64,000 nucleotides of DNA from Bacillota bacterium (GTDB taxonomy: Bacteria; Bacillota_I; Bacilli_A; RF39; UBA660). The first letter of the stretch is position 1, and every line of letters starts with the position of its first letter. The position numbers were made by a program, and so were the translations under genes. The notes under the pieces were generated by a model. That model had not been told where the DNA came from and did not search any database. It saw nothing but the letters and a program-made list of their open reading frames with translations. Below are positions 48,700-59,096 of this stretch, one piece after another. The stretch covers positions 66,724 through 130,723 of the forward strand of contig SVAH01000001.1 in NCBI GenBank assembly GCA_015059485.1. Direction: 5' to 3'.

Positions 48700-49254
48700 A
48701 TGAATTTATCACTAAAAATTAACAACAATAATTATTATTATTTAGCAAAAGAATATTTAGATATAGCTAGCGGGTACGATTTTCAAACATTAGAGGGAAT
48801 TGATGAATTTTTATTTGCTTACCCTAAAAAAGATATCATTGAAGCAATTAGAAGAAGCAATATAATTGCAAATGAAAAAATATTAGAGAATAGTGAACTA
48901 GTAATTACTTATTTTGAAAATAAAAAAATAAGAGAGTTACCAGTATATACTTTTGATGATATTGAATATATATCATTTGATGTGATGGATTTCATAATGA
49001 GAAATATAGCAAAAAAGAACATAATAAATCAAATAAATAATTATTTTATTAGTAAAAGCTATTTGCCAAAAGATTTGATCGAATTTGCGAAGACATTAAA
49101 AATAGAAAGCATAAACGTAATAATTAATCAATATATAACACTTGGTTATGGTTCTAGAAGAATTTTAAAGGATTATATTTTTGGAGAAATTATTCCAAAA
49201 TTAGACGAAAAAATGTTAACTAGAGATAATAAAGTAGTTAAAAATGAAGCATAA
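48700..49254 (+). CDS. Hypothetical protein
   Basis: GGGAGG RBS. Confidence 0.7.
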   Translation: MNLSLKINNNNYYYLAKEYLDIASGYDFQTLEGIDEFLFAYPKKDIIEAIRRSNIIANEKILENSELVITYFENKKIRELPVYTFDDIEYISFDVMDFIMRNIAKKNIINQINNYFISKSYLPKDLIEFAKTLKIESINVIINQYITLGYGSRRILKDYIFGEIIPKLDEKMLTRDNKVVKNEA

Positions 49255-49266
49255 TAGTTTTAAAGA

Positions 49267-49295
49267 TTGACAATATTAATAAAAAATAATAAAAT
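49267..49295 (+). promoter_or_regulatory. Sigma-A promoter of the T-box leader
   Basis: TTGACA-17 bp-TAAAAT. Confidence 0.75.
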
Positions 49296-49304
49296 ATATA
49301 TATG

Positions 49305-49515
49305 ATTTTTATAGAAAAGAACGAGTAGTTTATATAATATGTTTAAAAGAGAGGGCTAGATGGTGAAAATGCCTATTCTAAAAATAAATGAATAACAACT
49401 TTTCATATATAAAACGTAATTAATGCGATAAATTAAAATTAAGAGTACCTAAGGTAAAGTAAGGTGGCACCGCGGAAATTTATTTCGTCCTTACAAAACT
49501 TTTGGTACTTTTTTA
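49305..49515 (+). promoter_or_regulatory. T-box riboswitch, probable Asn (AAC) specifier
   Basis: AGTA and GAGAG..GGTGAAA stem-I motifs; GAATAACAAC specifier region; T-box AAGGTGGCACCGCG at 49461-49474 with antiterminator partner CGTCCTTAC. Confidence 0.85.
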
Positions 49516-49536
49516 TATTTATAAGGAGGAAATAAT

Positions 49537-51285
49537 ATGGAAAAGATAAAAAATAATTCAATAACAATAAAAAATGTTGGTGAAGAGATAACTGTATATG
49601 GTTGGGCTTCAAAAGTACGTAACTTAGGAGGATTAATATTTATTGATTTAAGAGATAAATATGGAATAGTTCAATTAGTGATAAGACCAGAAAATGAATT
49701 TTATGAAGTTGCTAATACTATTAAGAATGAATACGTACTTAAGGCTAGTGGAAAAGTAGTAGAAAGAGAAAGTAAAAATACTAATATTGAAACCGGTGAA
49801 ATAGAGATTGAAGTAAGTAATTTGGAGGTTTTAAATACTTGTGAAGAACTTCCATTCATGGTAGTAGATGACCCTAAAACATCTGATGACAATAGATTAA
49901 AATATAGATACATTGATATTAGAAGAGATAAATTAAAGAAAAATTTAATGCTTAGATCAGATGTATTACATTTCTTAAGGAATAAAATGTATGATAACGG
50001 ATTTACTGAAGTACAAACTCCAATACTTACAGCATCATCTCCTGAAGGAGCAAGAGACTTTGTAGTGCCATCAAGATTATTTAAAGGTAAATTCTATGCA
50101 CTTCCTCAAGCTCCTCAAATATATAAAGAACTTTTAATGGTTGGAGGATTTGAAAAATATTTTCAAATAGCACCATGCTTTAGAGATGAAGATGCTCGTG
50201 CAGACAGAACATTAGAATTCTATCAATTAGACCTTGAAATGTCTTTCATAGAAGAAGATGATATCTTAAATGTCGGAGAAGAAATTTTCTATGATACATT
50301 TACTAAGTTTTCAAATAAAAAAGTATCTCCAAGACCTTTTAGAAGAATAGCATATAAAGACGCTATTGATATATATGGTTCAGATAAACCAGATTTAAGA
50401 TTTGAAATGGAAATAAATGATATAACAAATATATTTGAAAATACAGATTTCACAGTATTTAAAAATGTTATTGAAAATAAAGGTATTATAAATGCGATAG
50501 TTGCTAAAAATGCATCTGATAAATATTCACGTAAACAATTAGATGAATTAACTGAATTTGTTAAAAGTAAAAAAGCATCAGGACTTGCTTATTTAAAAAT
50601 AAATGAAGAAGTTACTGGTTCAATTGCTAAAGTAGTTTCTAGTGATGAAATAACTAAATTAAAAGAGCAATTAAAATTAGAAAATAATGATTTAGTATTT
50701 ATTGTTTCTGGTGCAAGAAAGATTGTCAAAAATGCTTTAGGACAATTAAGGCTTAAAGTGGCAAATGATTTAGATTTAATTGATAAAGATAGATTAGAAT
50801 TATGTATTATCAATGATTTCCCAATGTTTGAATACGATGAACAAAAAGAAAAATGGGATTTTTGTCATAATCCATTTAGTTTACCTCATGATGGAATACA
50901 TGCATATGAAAATACAGACGATTTAGAAAGTATTTTAGCTTATCAATTTGACTTTGTATGTAATGGTAATGAAATGGCATCTGGAGCAATTCGTAATCAT
51001 GATTTAGATAGTCTAGCTAAAGGATTTGAAATAGTTGGATATACAAGAGAAGAAGTAGAAAATAGATTTAAATCAATATTTACAGCATTTAAATATGGAT
51101 GCCCACCACATGGAGGAATGGCTCCTGGGATTGATAGAATACTAATGCTAATTCAAGATGAACCAAACTTAAGAGAAGTTCAAGCATTCCCACCAAGTGC
51201 ATCAGGTGCTGATTTAATGATGGGTTCACCATCAACGTTAACAGAAGAGCAACTAGAAGAATTAGGAATTGAAATAAAAGAGTAA
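49537..51285 (+). CDS. aspS: Aspartyl-tRNA synthetase 1 (probably discriminating)
   Basis: RNLGG, PEGARDF, FRDED and PPHGG motifs. Confidence 0.95.
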   Translation: MEKIKNNSITIKNVGEEITVYGWASKVRNLGGLIFIDLRDKYGIVQLVIRPENEFYEVANTIKNEYVLKASGKVVERESKNTNIETGEIEIEVSNLEVLNTCEELPFMVVDDPKTSDDNRLKYRYIDIRRDKLKKNLMLRSDVLHFLRNKMYDNGFTEVQTPILTASSPEGARDFVVPSRLFKGKFYALPQAPQIYKELLMVGGFEKYFQIAPCFRDEDARADRTLEFYQLDLEMSFIEEDDILNVGEEIFYDTFTKFSNKKVSPRPFRRIAYKDAIDIYGSDKPDLRFEMEINDITNIFENTDFTVFKNVIENKGIINAIVAKNASDKYSRKQLDELTEFVKSKKASGLAYLKINEEVTGSIAKVVSSDEITKLKEQLKLENNDLVFIVSGARKIVKNALGQLRLKVANDLDLIDKDRLELCIINDFPMFEYDEQKEKWDFCHNPFSLPHDGIHAYENTDDLESILAYQFDFVCNGNEMASGAIRNHDLDSLAKGFEIVGYTREEVENRFKSIFTAFKYGCPPHGGMAPGIDRILMLIQDEPNLREVQAFPPSASGADLMMGSPSTLTEEQLEELGIEIKE

Positions 51286-51335
51286 ATCATTAAATTTAGA
51301 AATCCAAGTAAATTGGAAACATAAGGAGAATAATT

Positions 51336-52706
51336 ATGGATATTAAAGATTTAATAAAAGATATAGAAAAATATTTAAATAAAGAAGTTACACTTTTTGG
51401 CTGGATGAAAAATCATAGACCACAAAAAGATTTTGGCTTTATTGGCTTTAATGATGGAACATGTCAAAATGGTATTCAAGTTGTTTATGATTCAATTCTT
51501 TCTAACTTTGATGAAATATCTAAATTACTTATTGGAAGTGCCATCAAAGTAGAAGGTATCGTAGTTAAATCAGAAGGATCTGGACAAGACTATGAAATTA
51601 AAGCAGAATCTATTTCACTTGAAGGCGATTGTCCTTCAGATTATCCTTTACAAGCTAAAGGAAGACCAACTAGAGAATTTCTTCGTGAAATAGCTTACCT
51701 TAGACCTAGAACTAACCTTTTTAACGCAGTATTTAGAGTTAGAAGTGTTGCAGCTTATGCAATACATAAATATTTTCAAGAGAGAAACTATGTATATTTC
51801 CATGCACCACTTATAACAGCTAGTGATTGCGAAGGTGCTGGTGAAATGTTTAAAGTAACTACACTTGACTTAGATAATATTAAAGGAAAAGTTGATTATT
51901 CTAAAGATTTCTTTGGTAAACAAGCAAATCTTACAGTTAGTGGTCAACTTGAAGCTGAAACATTTGCAATGGCTTATAAAAAAACATATACATTTGGGCC
52001 AACATTCAGAGCAGAAAATTCTAATACTAAAACACATGCTAATGAATTCTGGATGATTGAACCTGAAATGGCTTTCTGCGATTTAGAAGAAGACATGAAT
52101 GTAATGGAAGATATGTTAAAATATGTAGTAAAATATGTAATAGATAATTGTCCAAATGAATTAGATTTATTTGATAAATTTGTGGAAAAAGGATTAAAAG
52201 ATAAATTGAATAAATTAGTTACTAGCAAGTTTACTAGAATAGATCATGAAGAAGTAATTAAAATTCTTAAAGAAGCAGATGTTAAATGGGAATTTGAACC
52301 TGAATATGGTGAAGATATTGCTAAAGAACACGAAAAATATATTACTGAATACTTTAATGGACCAGTATTTATTAAAAATTGGCCTAAAGATATTAAAGCA
52401 TTCTATATGAAACAAAATGAAGACGGTAAAACAGTTGCTGCTGTTGACCTTGAAGTACCAGGAGCTGGTGAATTAATGGGTGGATCTCAAAGAGAAGAAA
52501 ACCTTGATAAACTAGTCACTAGAATGAAAGAATTAGATATGGATCAAGAATCATTGGATTGGTATTTAAATCTTCGTAAATTTGGAGGATGTTTCCATTC
52601 TGGATTTGGAATGGGATTTGAAAGATTGCTTATTTATCTAACAGGAGTAGATAATATAAGAGATGTAATTCCTTATCCAAGAACTCCTGGAAACTGTGAA
52701 TACTAA
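51336..52706 (+). CDS. asnS: Asparaginyl-tRNA synthetase
   Basis: LTVSGQL, FRAENSNT, EFWMIEPE and GFGMGFER motifs. Confidence 0.95.
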   Translation: MDIKDLIKDIEKYLNKEVTLFGWMKNHRPQKDFGFIGFNDGTCQNGIQVVYDSILSNFDEISKLLIGSAIKVEGIVVKSEGSGQDYEIKAESISLEGDCPSDYPLQAKGRPTREFLREIAYLRPRTNLFNAVFRVRSVAAYAIHKYFQERNYVYFHAPLITASDCEGAGEMFKVTTLDLDNIKGKVDYSKDFFGKQANLTVSGQLEAETFAMAYKKTYTFGPTFRAENSNTKTHANEFWMIEPEMAFCDLEEDMNVMEDMLKYVVKYVIDNCPNELDLFDKFVEKGLKDKLNKLVTSKFTRIDHEEVIKILKEADVKWEFEPEYGEDIAKEHEKYITEYFNGPVFIKNWPKDIKAFYMKQNEDGKTVAAVDLEVPGAGELMGGSQREENLDKLVTRMKELDMDQESLDWYLNLRKFGGCFHSGFGMGFERLLIYLTGVDNIRDVIPYPRTPGNCEY

Positions 52707-52733
52707 TATTAAAACAAGAAAAGAGTTGATAAA

Positions 52734-54491
52734 ATGAAAGTAAATAAATATCATACACATCAAATCAAAGATATAGATGAAAAACTAGTTGGTGAAATCA
52801 TAACTGTATCTGGGTGGGTTGAAAATATAAGAGACCATGGAGGAGTATTATTTTTAGACTTAAGAGATAATACAGATATTTTACAAACTGTTTCTAATGA
52901 TGATGATATGTTTAAAGGAATAGCTAAAGAATCAGTTGTTAAATTATCTGGCAAAGTGCGAAAAAGAGATGAAGAAACTTACAATAATAAATTAAAGACT
53001 GGTAAATTAGAATTATTAGTTGATGAGTTAGAAATACTTGGTAAATCAAAAAGTGAATTACCATTTGAAATAATTACTAGTAAAAATACTAAAGAAGATG
53101 TAAGACTTAAATATCGTTATTTAGATATGAGAAATAAAAAAGTTAAAGATAATTTATTACTTAGATCTGAAGTATTACATTTTTTAAGAAATAAAATGTA
53201 TGATAATGAGTTTACTGAAGTACAAACTCCAATACTTACAGCATCATCTCCTGAAGGAGCAAGAGACTTTGTAGTGCCATCAAGATTATTTAAAGGTAAA
53301 TTCTATGCACTTCCTCAAGCTCCTCAAATATATAAAGAACTTTTAATGGTTGGAGGATTTGAAAAATATTTTCAAATAGCACCATGCTTTAGAGATGAAG
53401 ATGCTCGTGCAGACAGAACATTAGAATTCTATCAATTAGACCTTGAAATGTCTTTCATAGAAGAAGATGATATCTTAAATGTCGGAGAAGAAATTTTCTA
53501 TGATACATTTACTAAGTTTTCAAATAAAAAAGTATCTCCAAGACCTTTTAGAAGAATTAAATATACTGATGCAATGGAAGATTATGGTACAGATAAACCA
53601 GATCTTAGAAACCCATTAATTATTAAAGATGCGTCAATTGTATTAAAAAATACTACTTTTGGACCATTTAAAGGTTCTAATATAAAAGTTATCGTAGTAG
53701 ACAACATTGGGCAAAATTCAAACTCTTGGTTTAATGAAATAGTTGATTATGCATCAAGTATTGGCATGCCTGGTATTGGATATATTACATTAATGGAAGA
53801 TGGCTCCTTAAAGGGACCTATAGACAAGTTTTTATCTGAAACTGAAAGAGAATCATTAATAAAAGATTTTGATATGAAAACTAATTCAGTTATGTTCTTT
53901 ATAGCTAATAAAAATAAGAAACTAGCTCAAAAGTTTGCAGGACTTATAAGAAATGAATTAGGACGTAAATGTGAACTTATAGATAATGATAGATTAGAAT
54001 TATGTATTATTAATGATTTCCCTATGTTTGAAAGAGATGAAAATACTAAAAAGTTAGAGTTCTGTCATAATCCATTCAGTTTACCTCATGGTGGTATTAA
54101 AGATTATGAAGAAAAAGATCCAGAAGATATTTTAGCTTACCAATTTGACTTTGTATGTAATGGTAATGAAATGGCATCTGGGGCAATTAGAAACCATGAT
54201 TTAGATAGTTTAGCTAAAGGCTTTGAAATAGTTGGCTATACAAGAGAAGAAGTAGAAAAAAGATTTAAGTCAATATTTACAGCATTTAAATATGGTTGTC
54301 CACCACATGGAGGAATGGCACCAGGTATTGATAGAATCTTAATGCTTATTCAAGATGAACCAAACTTAAGAGAAGTTCAAGCATTCCCAACTGCAGCATC
54401 AGGACAAGATTTAATGATGGGTTCTCCATCAACATTAACTGATGAACAACTTGAAGAGTTAGGAATTGAAATAAAAAAAGATGAAGAATAA
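52734..54491 (+). CDS. aspS: Aspartyl-tRNA synthetase 2 (probably non-discriminating)
   Basis: RDHGG (His) in the anticodon-binding domain; same catalytic motifs as aspS1. Confidence 0.93.
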   Translation: MKVNKYHTHQIKDIDEKLVGEIITVSGWVENIRDHGGVLFLDLRDNTDILQTVSNDDDMFKGIAKESVVKLSGKVRKRDEETYNNKLKTGKLELLVDELEILGKSKSELPFEIITSKNTKEDVRLKYRYLDMRNKKVKDNLLLRSEVLHFLRNKMYDNEFTEVQTPILTASSPEGARDFVVPSRLFKGKFYALPQAPQIYKELLMVGGFEKYFQIAPCFRDEDARADRTLEFYQLDLEMSFIEEDDILNVGEEIFYDTFTKFSNKKVSPRPFRRIKYTDAMEDYGTDKPDLRNPLIIKDASIVLKNTTFGPFKGSNIKVIVVDNIGQNSNSWFNEIVDYASSIGMPGIGYITLMEDGSLKGPIDKFLSETERESLIKDFDMKTNSVMFFIANKNKKLAQKFAGLIRNELGRKCELIDNDRLELCIINDFPMFERDENTKKLEFCHNPFSLPHGGIKDYEEKDPEDILAYQFDFVCNGNEMASGAIRNHDLDSLAKGFEIVGYTREEVEKRFKSIFTAFKYGCPPHGGMAPGIDRILMLIQDEPNLREVQAFPTAASGQDLMMGSPSTLTDEQLEELGIEIKKDEE

Positions 54492-54514
54492 ATAAAAGAA
54501 AAGAGGCTGGTATT

Positions 54515-55051
54515 ATGGAATTATTCTTAAGAGAACCTTCGTTAGAAGATAAAGATGAAATTATTAAAATGTGTGAAGAATTAGAATCATGTGATGATGA
54601 AATAAAATTTGAAGGATTATCTGATTTAAAAACTGTTTTAGATTCTAGTTTTGAAGATTTTATAAATCGAATTGAAGGTAATAAACATATTGAGGATTCT
54701 AAACCTCAATATGTTAACCAAACTACATATGTGTTAGCAGACGAAACTGGACATATATATGGTGGAGTAAATATCAGACATAAACTAAATGATGCATTAA
54801 TGAATCATGGAGGTCATATTGGATATTTAATTAGACCTAGTGAAAGAAGAAAAGGGTATTCCTTGATTCAATTAAAAGAAGCACTTGATATTGCTAAGAA
54901 AGTTTTTAATATAGATAAAGTATTTATATCATGTAGAGAAAAAAATATTGGTTCAAAGAAAACTATTGAAAAAACAGGCGGTTATTCAGCTGGAGATAAT
55001 TATATTGATACTGATGGAACTGTATTTTTAAGATATTGGATAAATAATTAA
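54515..55051 (+). CDS. GNAT family acetyltransferase
   Basis: NIRHKLN..L..HGGHIGYLIRPSERRKGY and N.GS.KTIEK.GG motifs. Confidence 0.88.
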   Translation: MELFLREPSLEDKDEIIKMCEELESCDDEIKFEGLSDLKTVLDSSFEDFINRIEGNKHIEDSKPQYVNQTTYVLADETGHIYGGVNIRHKLNDALMNHGGHIGYLIRPSERRKGYSLIQLKEALDIAKKVFNIDKVFISCREKNIGSKKTIEKTGGYSAGDNYIDTDGTVFLRYWINN

Positions 55052-55063
55052 GAAGGTGATAAA

Positions 55064-55867
55064 ATGACTAAAAAGATAGTAGCTATAGGTGGAGGAGAAA
55101 ACGGAAGAATCAATAGTAAGGGTGAACAAAAACCATATGAAACTAGAGAAATAGATCAAGAAATAGTCAAATTAGCTAATAAAGAACATCCTAACTTTCT
55201 TTTCCTAGCTCATTCACAAATTGCTTTCGGAGAAAGTGCTGAAGAAAACTATTATAATGTTATAAAAAAAATATATGAGAATCTTGGATGCGAAGTTAGA
55301 TGGTTAAAAATATCAGAACTAAAAGATGATTTAAATAAAACAAAACAAGATGTTGAATGGGCTGATATTATTTATGAAGGCGGCGGAGCTACGGAACTTA
55401 TGATTAAACTTTGGAAAGAAACAGGGTTTGATAGTTTTTTAAAAAAAGCTTATGAATCTGGTAAAGTAATGTGTGGTATTTCTGCTGGAGCTATTTGTTG
55501 GTTTAATAGTGGATTTACTGATGATCCAAAATTAAAAGATGTTGAAGGAAATAGAATATATGCTTTAGATTTAGTTGATGCATACTTTTCACCGCATTGT
55601 CAAATAGAAGGTAAATTAGATAGAGTTAGAACTAGCTTAAAACATATAGATAAAGTCGGTATATTATTATCTAATTGTGCTGCGATAGAAATAATTGATG
55701 ATGAATATAGAATAATTAAAACTAAACCAATTGAAGAAATTTTTGAACCATTTGCTTATAAAACATATTGGGAAAATGAAGAATTGTTTGAAGAAGAATT
55801 AAATAATACTGAATTTAAACCATTAGATGAATTATTGAGTAAAAATATAAATACTAAGAAATTATAA
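55064..55867 (+). CDS. Peptidase S51 / PepE family protein
   Basis: IVAIGGG, DIIYEGGG, CGISAGAICWF and SPH motifs. Confidence 0.85.
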   Translation: MTKKIVAIGGGENGRINSKGEQKPYETREIDQEIVKLANKEHPNFLFLAHSQIAFGESAEENYYNVIKKIYENLGCEVRWLKISELKDDLNKTKQDVEWADIIYEGGGATELMIKLWKETGFDSFLKKAYESGKVMCGISAGAICWFNSGFTDDPKLKDVEGNRIYALDLVDAYFSPHCQIEGKLDRVRTSLKHIDKVGILLSNCAAIEIIDDEYRIIKTKPIEEIFEPFAYKTYWENEELFEEELNNTEFKPLDELLSKNINTKKL

Positions 55868-55880
55868 AGGAGGAAATAAT

Positions 55881-56177
55881 ATGGCAAAATTTACAAAAGA
55901 AATGATCAATGACTATGCTAATAAATTATATATTGGCTTAACTGAAGAAGAAAATAAAATGGTATTAGATGAATTTGAGATTATAGATAAAACTTGTGAT
56001 GCTGTTACTGAAATACCTGGTATTGAAAAAGTAACACCAATGACGCATGCACTTTTAGATTTTAATGCAGAATTAAGAGAAGATGTTGCAGAAGAATCTA
56101 TTGATATAAATGATGCTCTTTCTAACTGTGATAATGTAGATGATAGAGAAGTAGAACTTCCTAAGGTGGTGGGATAA
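55881..56177 (+). CDS. gatC: Asp/Glu-tRNA amidotransferase subunit C
   Basis: LRED motif, ends LPKVV; upstream of gatA. Confidence 0.88.
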   Translation: MAKFTKEMINDYANKLYIGLTEEENKMVLDEFEIIDKTCDAVTEIPGIEKVTPMTHALLDFNAELREDVAEESIDINDALSNCDNVDDREVELPKVVG

Positions 56178-57640
56178 TGAAATATATGAATTTAGGTATT
56201 GAAGAACTTCATGAAAAATTAAAAAACAAAGAAGTAACTTCTAAAGAATTAATTGAAGAATCTTTAAAGCTTTCGCATGAAGTAGAGGATAAATGCAATG
56301 CTTTTGTAACTATTTTAGATGATGCAAAAGAAGTAGAAGTTTCAGATAATTTACTATCTGGTATACCTTTTGGTGTTAAAGATAATTATTCTACTAAAGG
56401 AGTATTATCTACTGGATCATCTAATACTTTAAAAGATTATGTACCTTTTTTTGATGCTACTGCATATAGTCATTTAAAAGATGCAGGTGCTATTATGGTA
56501 AACAAAACTGCTATGGATGAATTTGGTATGGGCGGTACTGGTACAACATGCCATACAGGTACAGTTAAAAATCCATGGGATAATACACGTTTATGCGCCG
56601 GTTCATCTGCAGGTAGTGCGGCTGCTGTTGCAGCAGGAGTTTATCCATATGCATTAGGTTCAGATACAGGTGATTCTATAAGAAAACCTGCTGCTTATTG
56701 TGGTATTGTTGGTTATAAACCAACTTATGGTCTTATTTCAAGATATGGTTTATTCGCTTTTGCATCAAGCTTAGATCACTGTGGAGTTTTAACTCGTAGT
56801 GTTAAAGATGCAGCAATTGTTGTAGACACTATGAAAGGCAAAGATGAAAATGATATGACTACTTGGGATAGTTCCAAAATGCATTTAAAAGAAGCATTAA
56901 CAGGTGATATTAAAGATAAAAAACTATGTTATATAAAAGAATTATGTGATATAGAAAATTACGAAAATCCAAGTGATGAATTAAAAAAACATTTAGAAAA
57001 TTTTAAAGAAAAGATTGAACTTATTAGAAAAAATGGAGTAACAGTAGAAGAAGTATCAGTAGATAGGAAACTACTTAATACTATTGCATCAGTTTATGTA
57101 ATTATTTCTTGTGCTGAGGCAACTTCAAACATGAGTAACTTAACAGGTATTATTTTTGGACCTCGTGGTGAAGGCAATACTTGGGAAGAACAAATTAAAG
57201 ATCATAGAACTAAAGGATTCTCTACATTAATTAAAAGACGTTTTGTAATTGGTTCATATGTTCTTCAAAAAGAAAATCAAGAAAGATACTTTAAAAATGC
57301 AGGGCGTGTAAGAAGACTTTTAGTTGATACATGGAAAGAATTATATAAAACTTATGATGCTGTTATTCTTCCAGTTGGAACTGGTACTGCTAAACATATT
57401 GATGGTACTCTTGATGTACTTTCTGATTCACAAAATCTAGGCGCTTTAGAAGAACACTTACAAGTAGGTAACTTTGGTGGATTCCCATCAATAACTATTC
57501 CAGATGGATTTATAGATGGATTACCAGTAGCATTAAATATAACTGGAAATAATTATGATGATGAAAATGTATTAAATATTGCTTATGCAATTGAATCAAT
57601 GATGGATTATAAGAATCAAATAGCAAAGGAGGTTAAGTAA
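56177..57640 (+). CDS. gatA: Asp/Glu-tRNA amidotransferase subunit A
   Basis: GVKDN, MDEFGMG, GSSAGS and GSDTGDSIRKPA amidase signature. Confidence 0.93.
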   Translation: MKYMNLGIEELHEKLKNKEVTSKELIEESLKLSHEVEDKCNAFVTILDDAKEVEVSDNLLSGIPFGVKDNYSTKGVLSTGSSNTLKDYVPFFDATAYSHLKDAGAIMVNKTAMDEFGMGGTGTTCHTGTVKNPWDNTRLCAGSSAGSAAAVAAGVYPYALGSDTGDSIRKPAAYCGIVGYKPTYGLISRYGLFAFASSLDHCGVLTRSVKDAAIVVDTMKGKDENDMTTWDSSKMHLKEALTGDIKDKKLCYIKELCDIENYENPSDELKKHLENFKEKIELIRKNGVTVEEVSVDRKLLNTIASVYVIISCAEATSNMSNLTGIIFGPRGEGNTWEEQIKDHRTKGFSTLIKRRFVIGSYVLQKENQERYFKNAGRVRRLLVDTWKELYKTYDAVILPVGTGTAKHIDGTLDVLSDSQNLGALEEHLQVGNFGGFPSITIPDGFIDGLPVALNITGNNYDDENVLNIAYAIESMMDYKNQIAKEVK

Positions 57641-59076
57641 TGAGTAAATATTATGTAACAATCGGACTTGAAATGCACTGCGAAGGTTCAACAACTAACT
57701 CAAAAGTTTTTTCAAAGTCTCGTGTAAAATATTCTGAGGTTGCAAACGAAAACATTTCAGCAGTAGATATGGGATTTCCTGGAATTTTACCAGTAGTTAA
57801 TAAAGAAGCTGTTAAACAAGCTGTTAAAATGGCAACAGTTCTTCATACAAGAATACCTGAATATATGTATTTTGAAAGAAAGAACTACTACTACCCAGAT
57901 TTACCTAAAGGATACCAAATTACTCAAAATCCTCCAGAAGAATGTGTAGGTAATGGTGGATATATTGATATAGAAAGAGAAGATGGGACAACATTTAGAG
58001 TTGAAATTGATAACTTTCACTTAGAAGAAGATGCAGCTCAATTAACACACTTATATGACACATCAATAATTAACTATAATAGAGCTGGAGTTCCACTATT
58101 TGAACTTGTTACAAAACCATGTTTACATTCAGCAGAAGATGCAGTTTCATTCCTTGAATATGTAAGATCTATTTATAAATATTTAGATATATCTGAAGCT
58201 GATAGTAAAAAAGGTCAAATAAGATGTGATGTAAACGTATCTATTAGTGATTCAGAAAATAGTCTTGGTACAAAAGTAGAAACTAAGAATGTTAACTCAT
58301 TTTCAGCAGTTAGAGATTGTATAAACTACGAAATAAAAAGACAATCTAAATTAAAAGATGAGGGCAGATATGATGAAGTAGTCCAACAAACAAGAAGATG
58401 GGATGAAGAAAGTGGTACTACTATGCCAATGCGTGGTAAAGTAGATGCTGAAGACTATAAATACTTTGTTGATCCAAATATTCCTAGATTCAAACTTGAT
58501 AGTGAATGGGTTAAAGAAATACAAAGTACAATACCAGAACTCCCATATGAAAGAAAAGCTAAATATATTAATGAATTTGGACTTTCTGAATATGATGCAA
58601 CAGTATTAATTAAAGAAAAAGGTATATCTGATTATTTTGAAGAATGCCTTAAACTTGATATAGATGCAAAACAAGCTGCAAACTGGGTATCTGTAAATAT
58701 AGTAGGGTATTTAAATAAGTATGAAGAAACAATAGATGACTTCTACTTGACACCTGTTATGTTAAGTGATATAATAAATAATGTGTCAAATGGGACAATA
58801 TCTTCTAAACAAGCAAAAGAAATATTCTTTAAAGCATTAGAAGAAAAGAAAGAACCTAAAAATTATATTAGCAAAGATAATGCTCAACTTTCTGATAGAG
58901 GAGAACTTGAAAAAATAATTGATGAAATACTTGCTAATAATGAGACACAAATACAAGAATATAAAAATGGTAAAACAAATTTATTTGATTATTTCGTTGG
59001 ACAAGTTATGAAAAATACACGTGGAAAAGCAAATCCAGTAATAACAAAAGAAATATTACGTGAAAAGCTTGACTAA
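57640..59076 (+). CDS. gatB: Asp/Glu-tRNA amidotransferase subunit B
   Basis: IGLEMH, RKNYYYPDLPKGYQITQ, HLEEDA and RCDVNVS motifs. Confidence 0.96.
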   Translation: MSKYYVTIGLEMHCEGSTTNSKVFSKSRVKYSEVANENISAVDMGFPGILPVVNKEAVKQAVKMATVLHTRIPEYMYFERKNYYYPDLPKGYQITQNPPEECVGNGGYIDIEREDGTTFRVEIDNFHLEEDAAQLTHLYDTSIINYNRAGVPLFELVTKPCLHSAEDAVSFLEYVRSIYKYLDISEADSKKGQIRCDVNVSISDSENSLGTKVETKNVNSFSAVRDCINYEIKRQSKLKDEGRYDEVVQQTRRWDEESGTTMPMRGKVDAEDYKYFVDPNIPRFKLDSEWVKEIQSTIPELPYERKAKYINEFGLSEYDATVLIKEKGISDYFEECLKLDIDAKQAANWVSVNIVGYLNKYEETIDDFYLTPVMLSDIINNVSNGTISSKQAKEIFFKALEEKKEPKNYISKDNAQLSDRGELEKIIDEILANNETQIQEYKNGKTNLFDYFVGQVMKNTRGKANPVITKEILREKLD

Positions 59077-59096
59077 TAAAAAAGGGGGATGGTTAT

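Noticed and set aside
54515-55867. GNAT and S51 genes as additional cassettes
   Set aside because: No KTNIN-TG junction or arm sequence flanks them.
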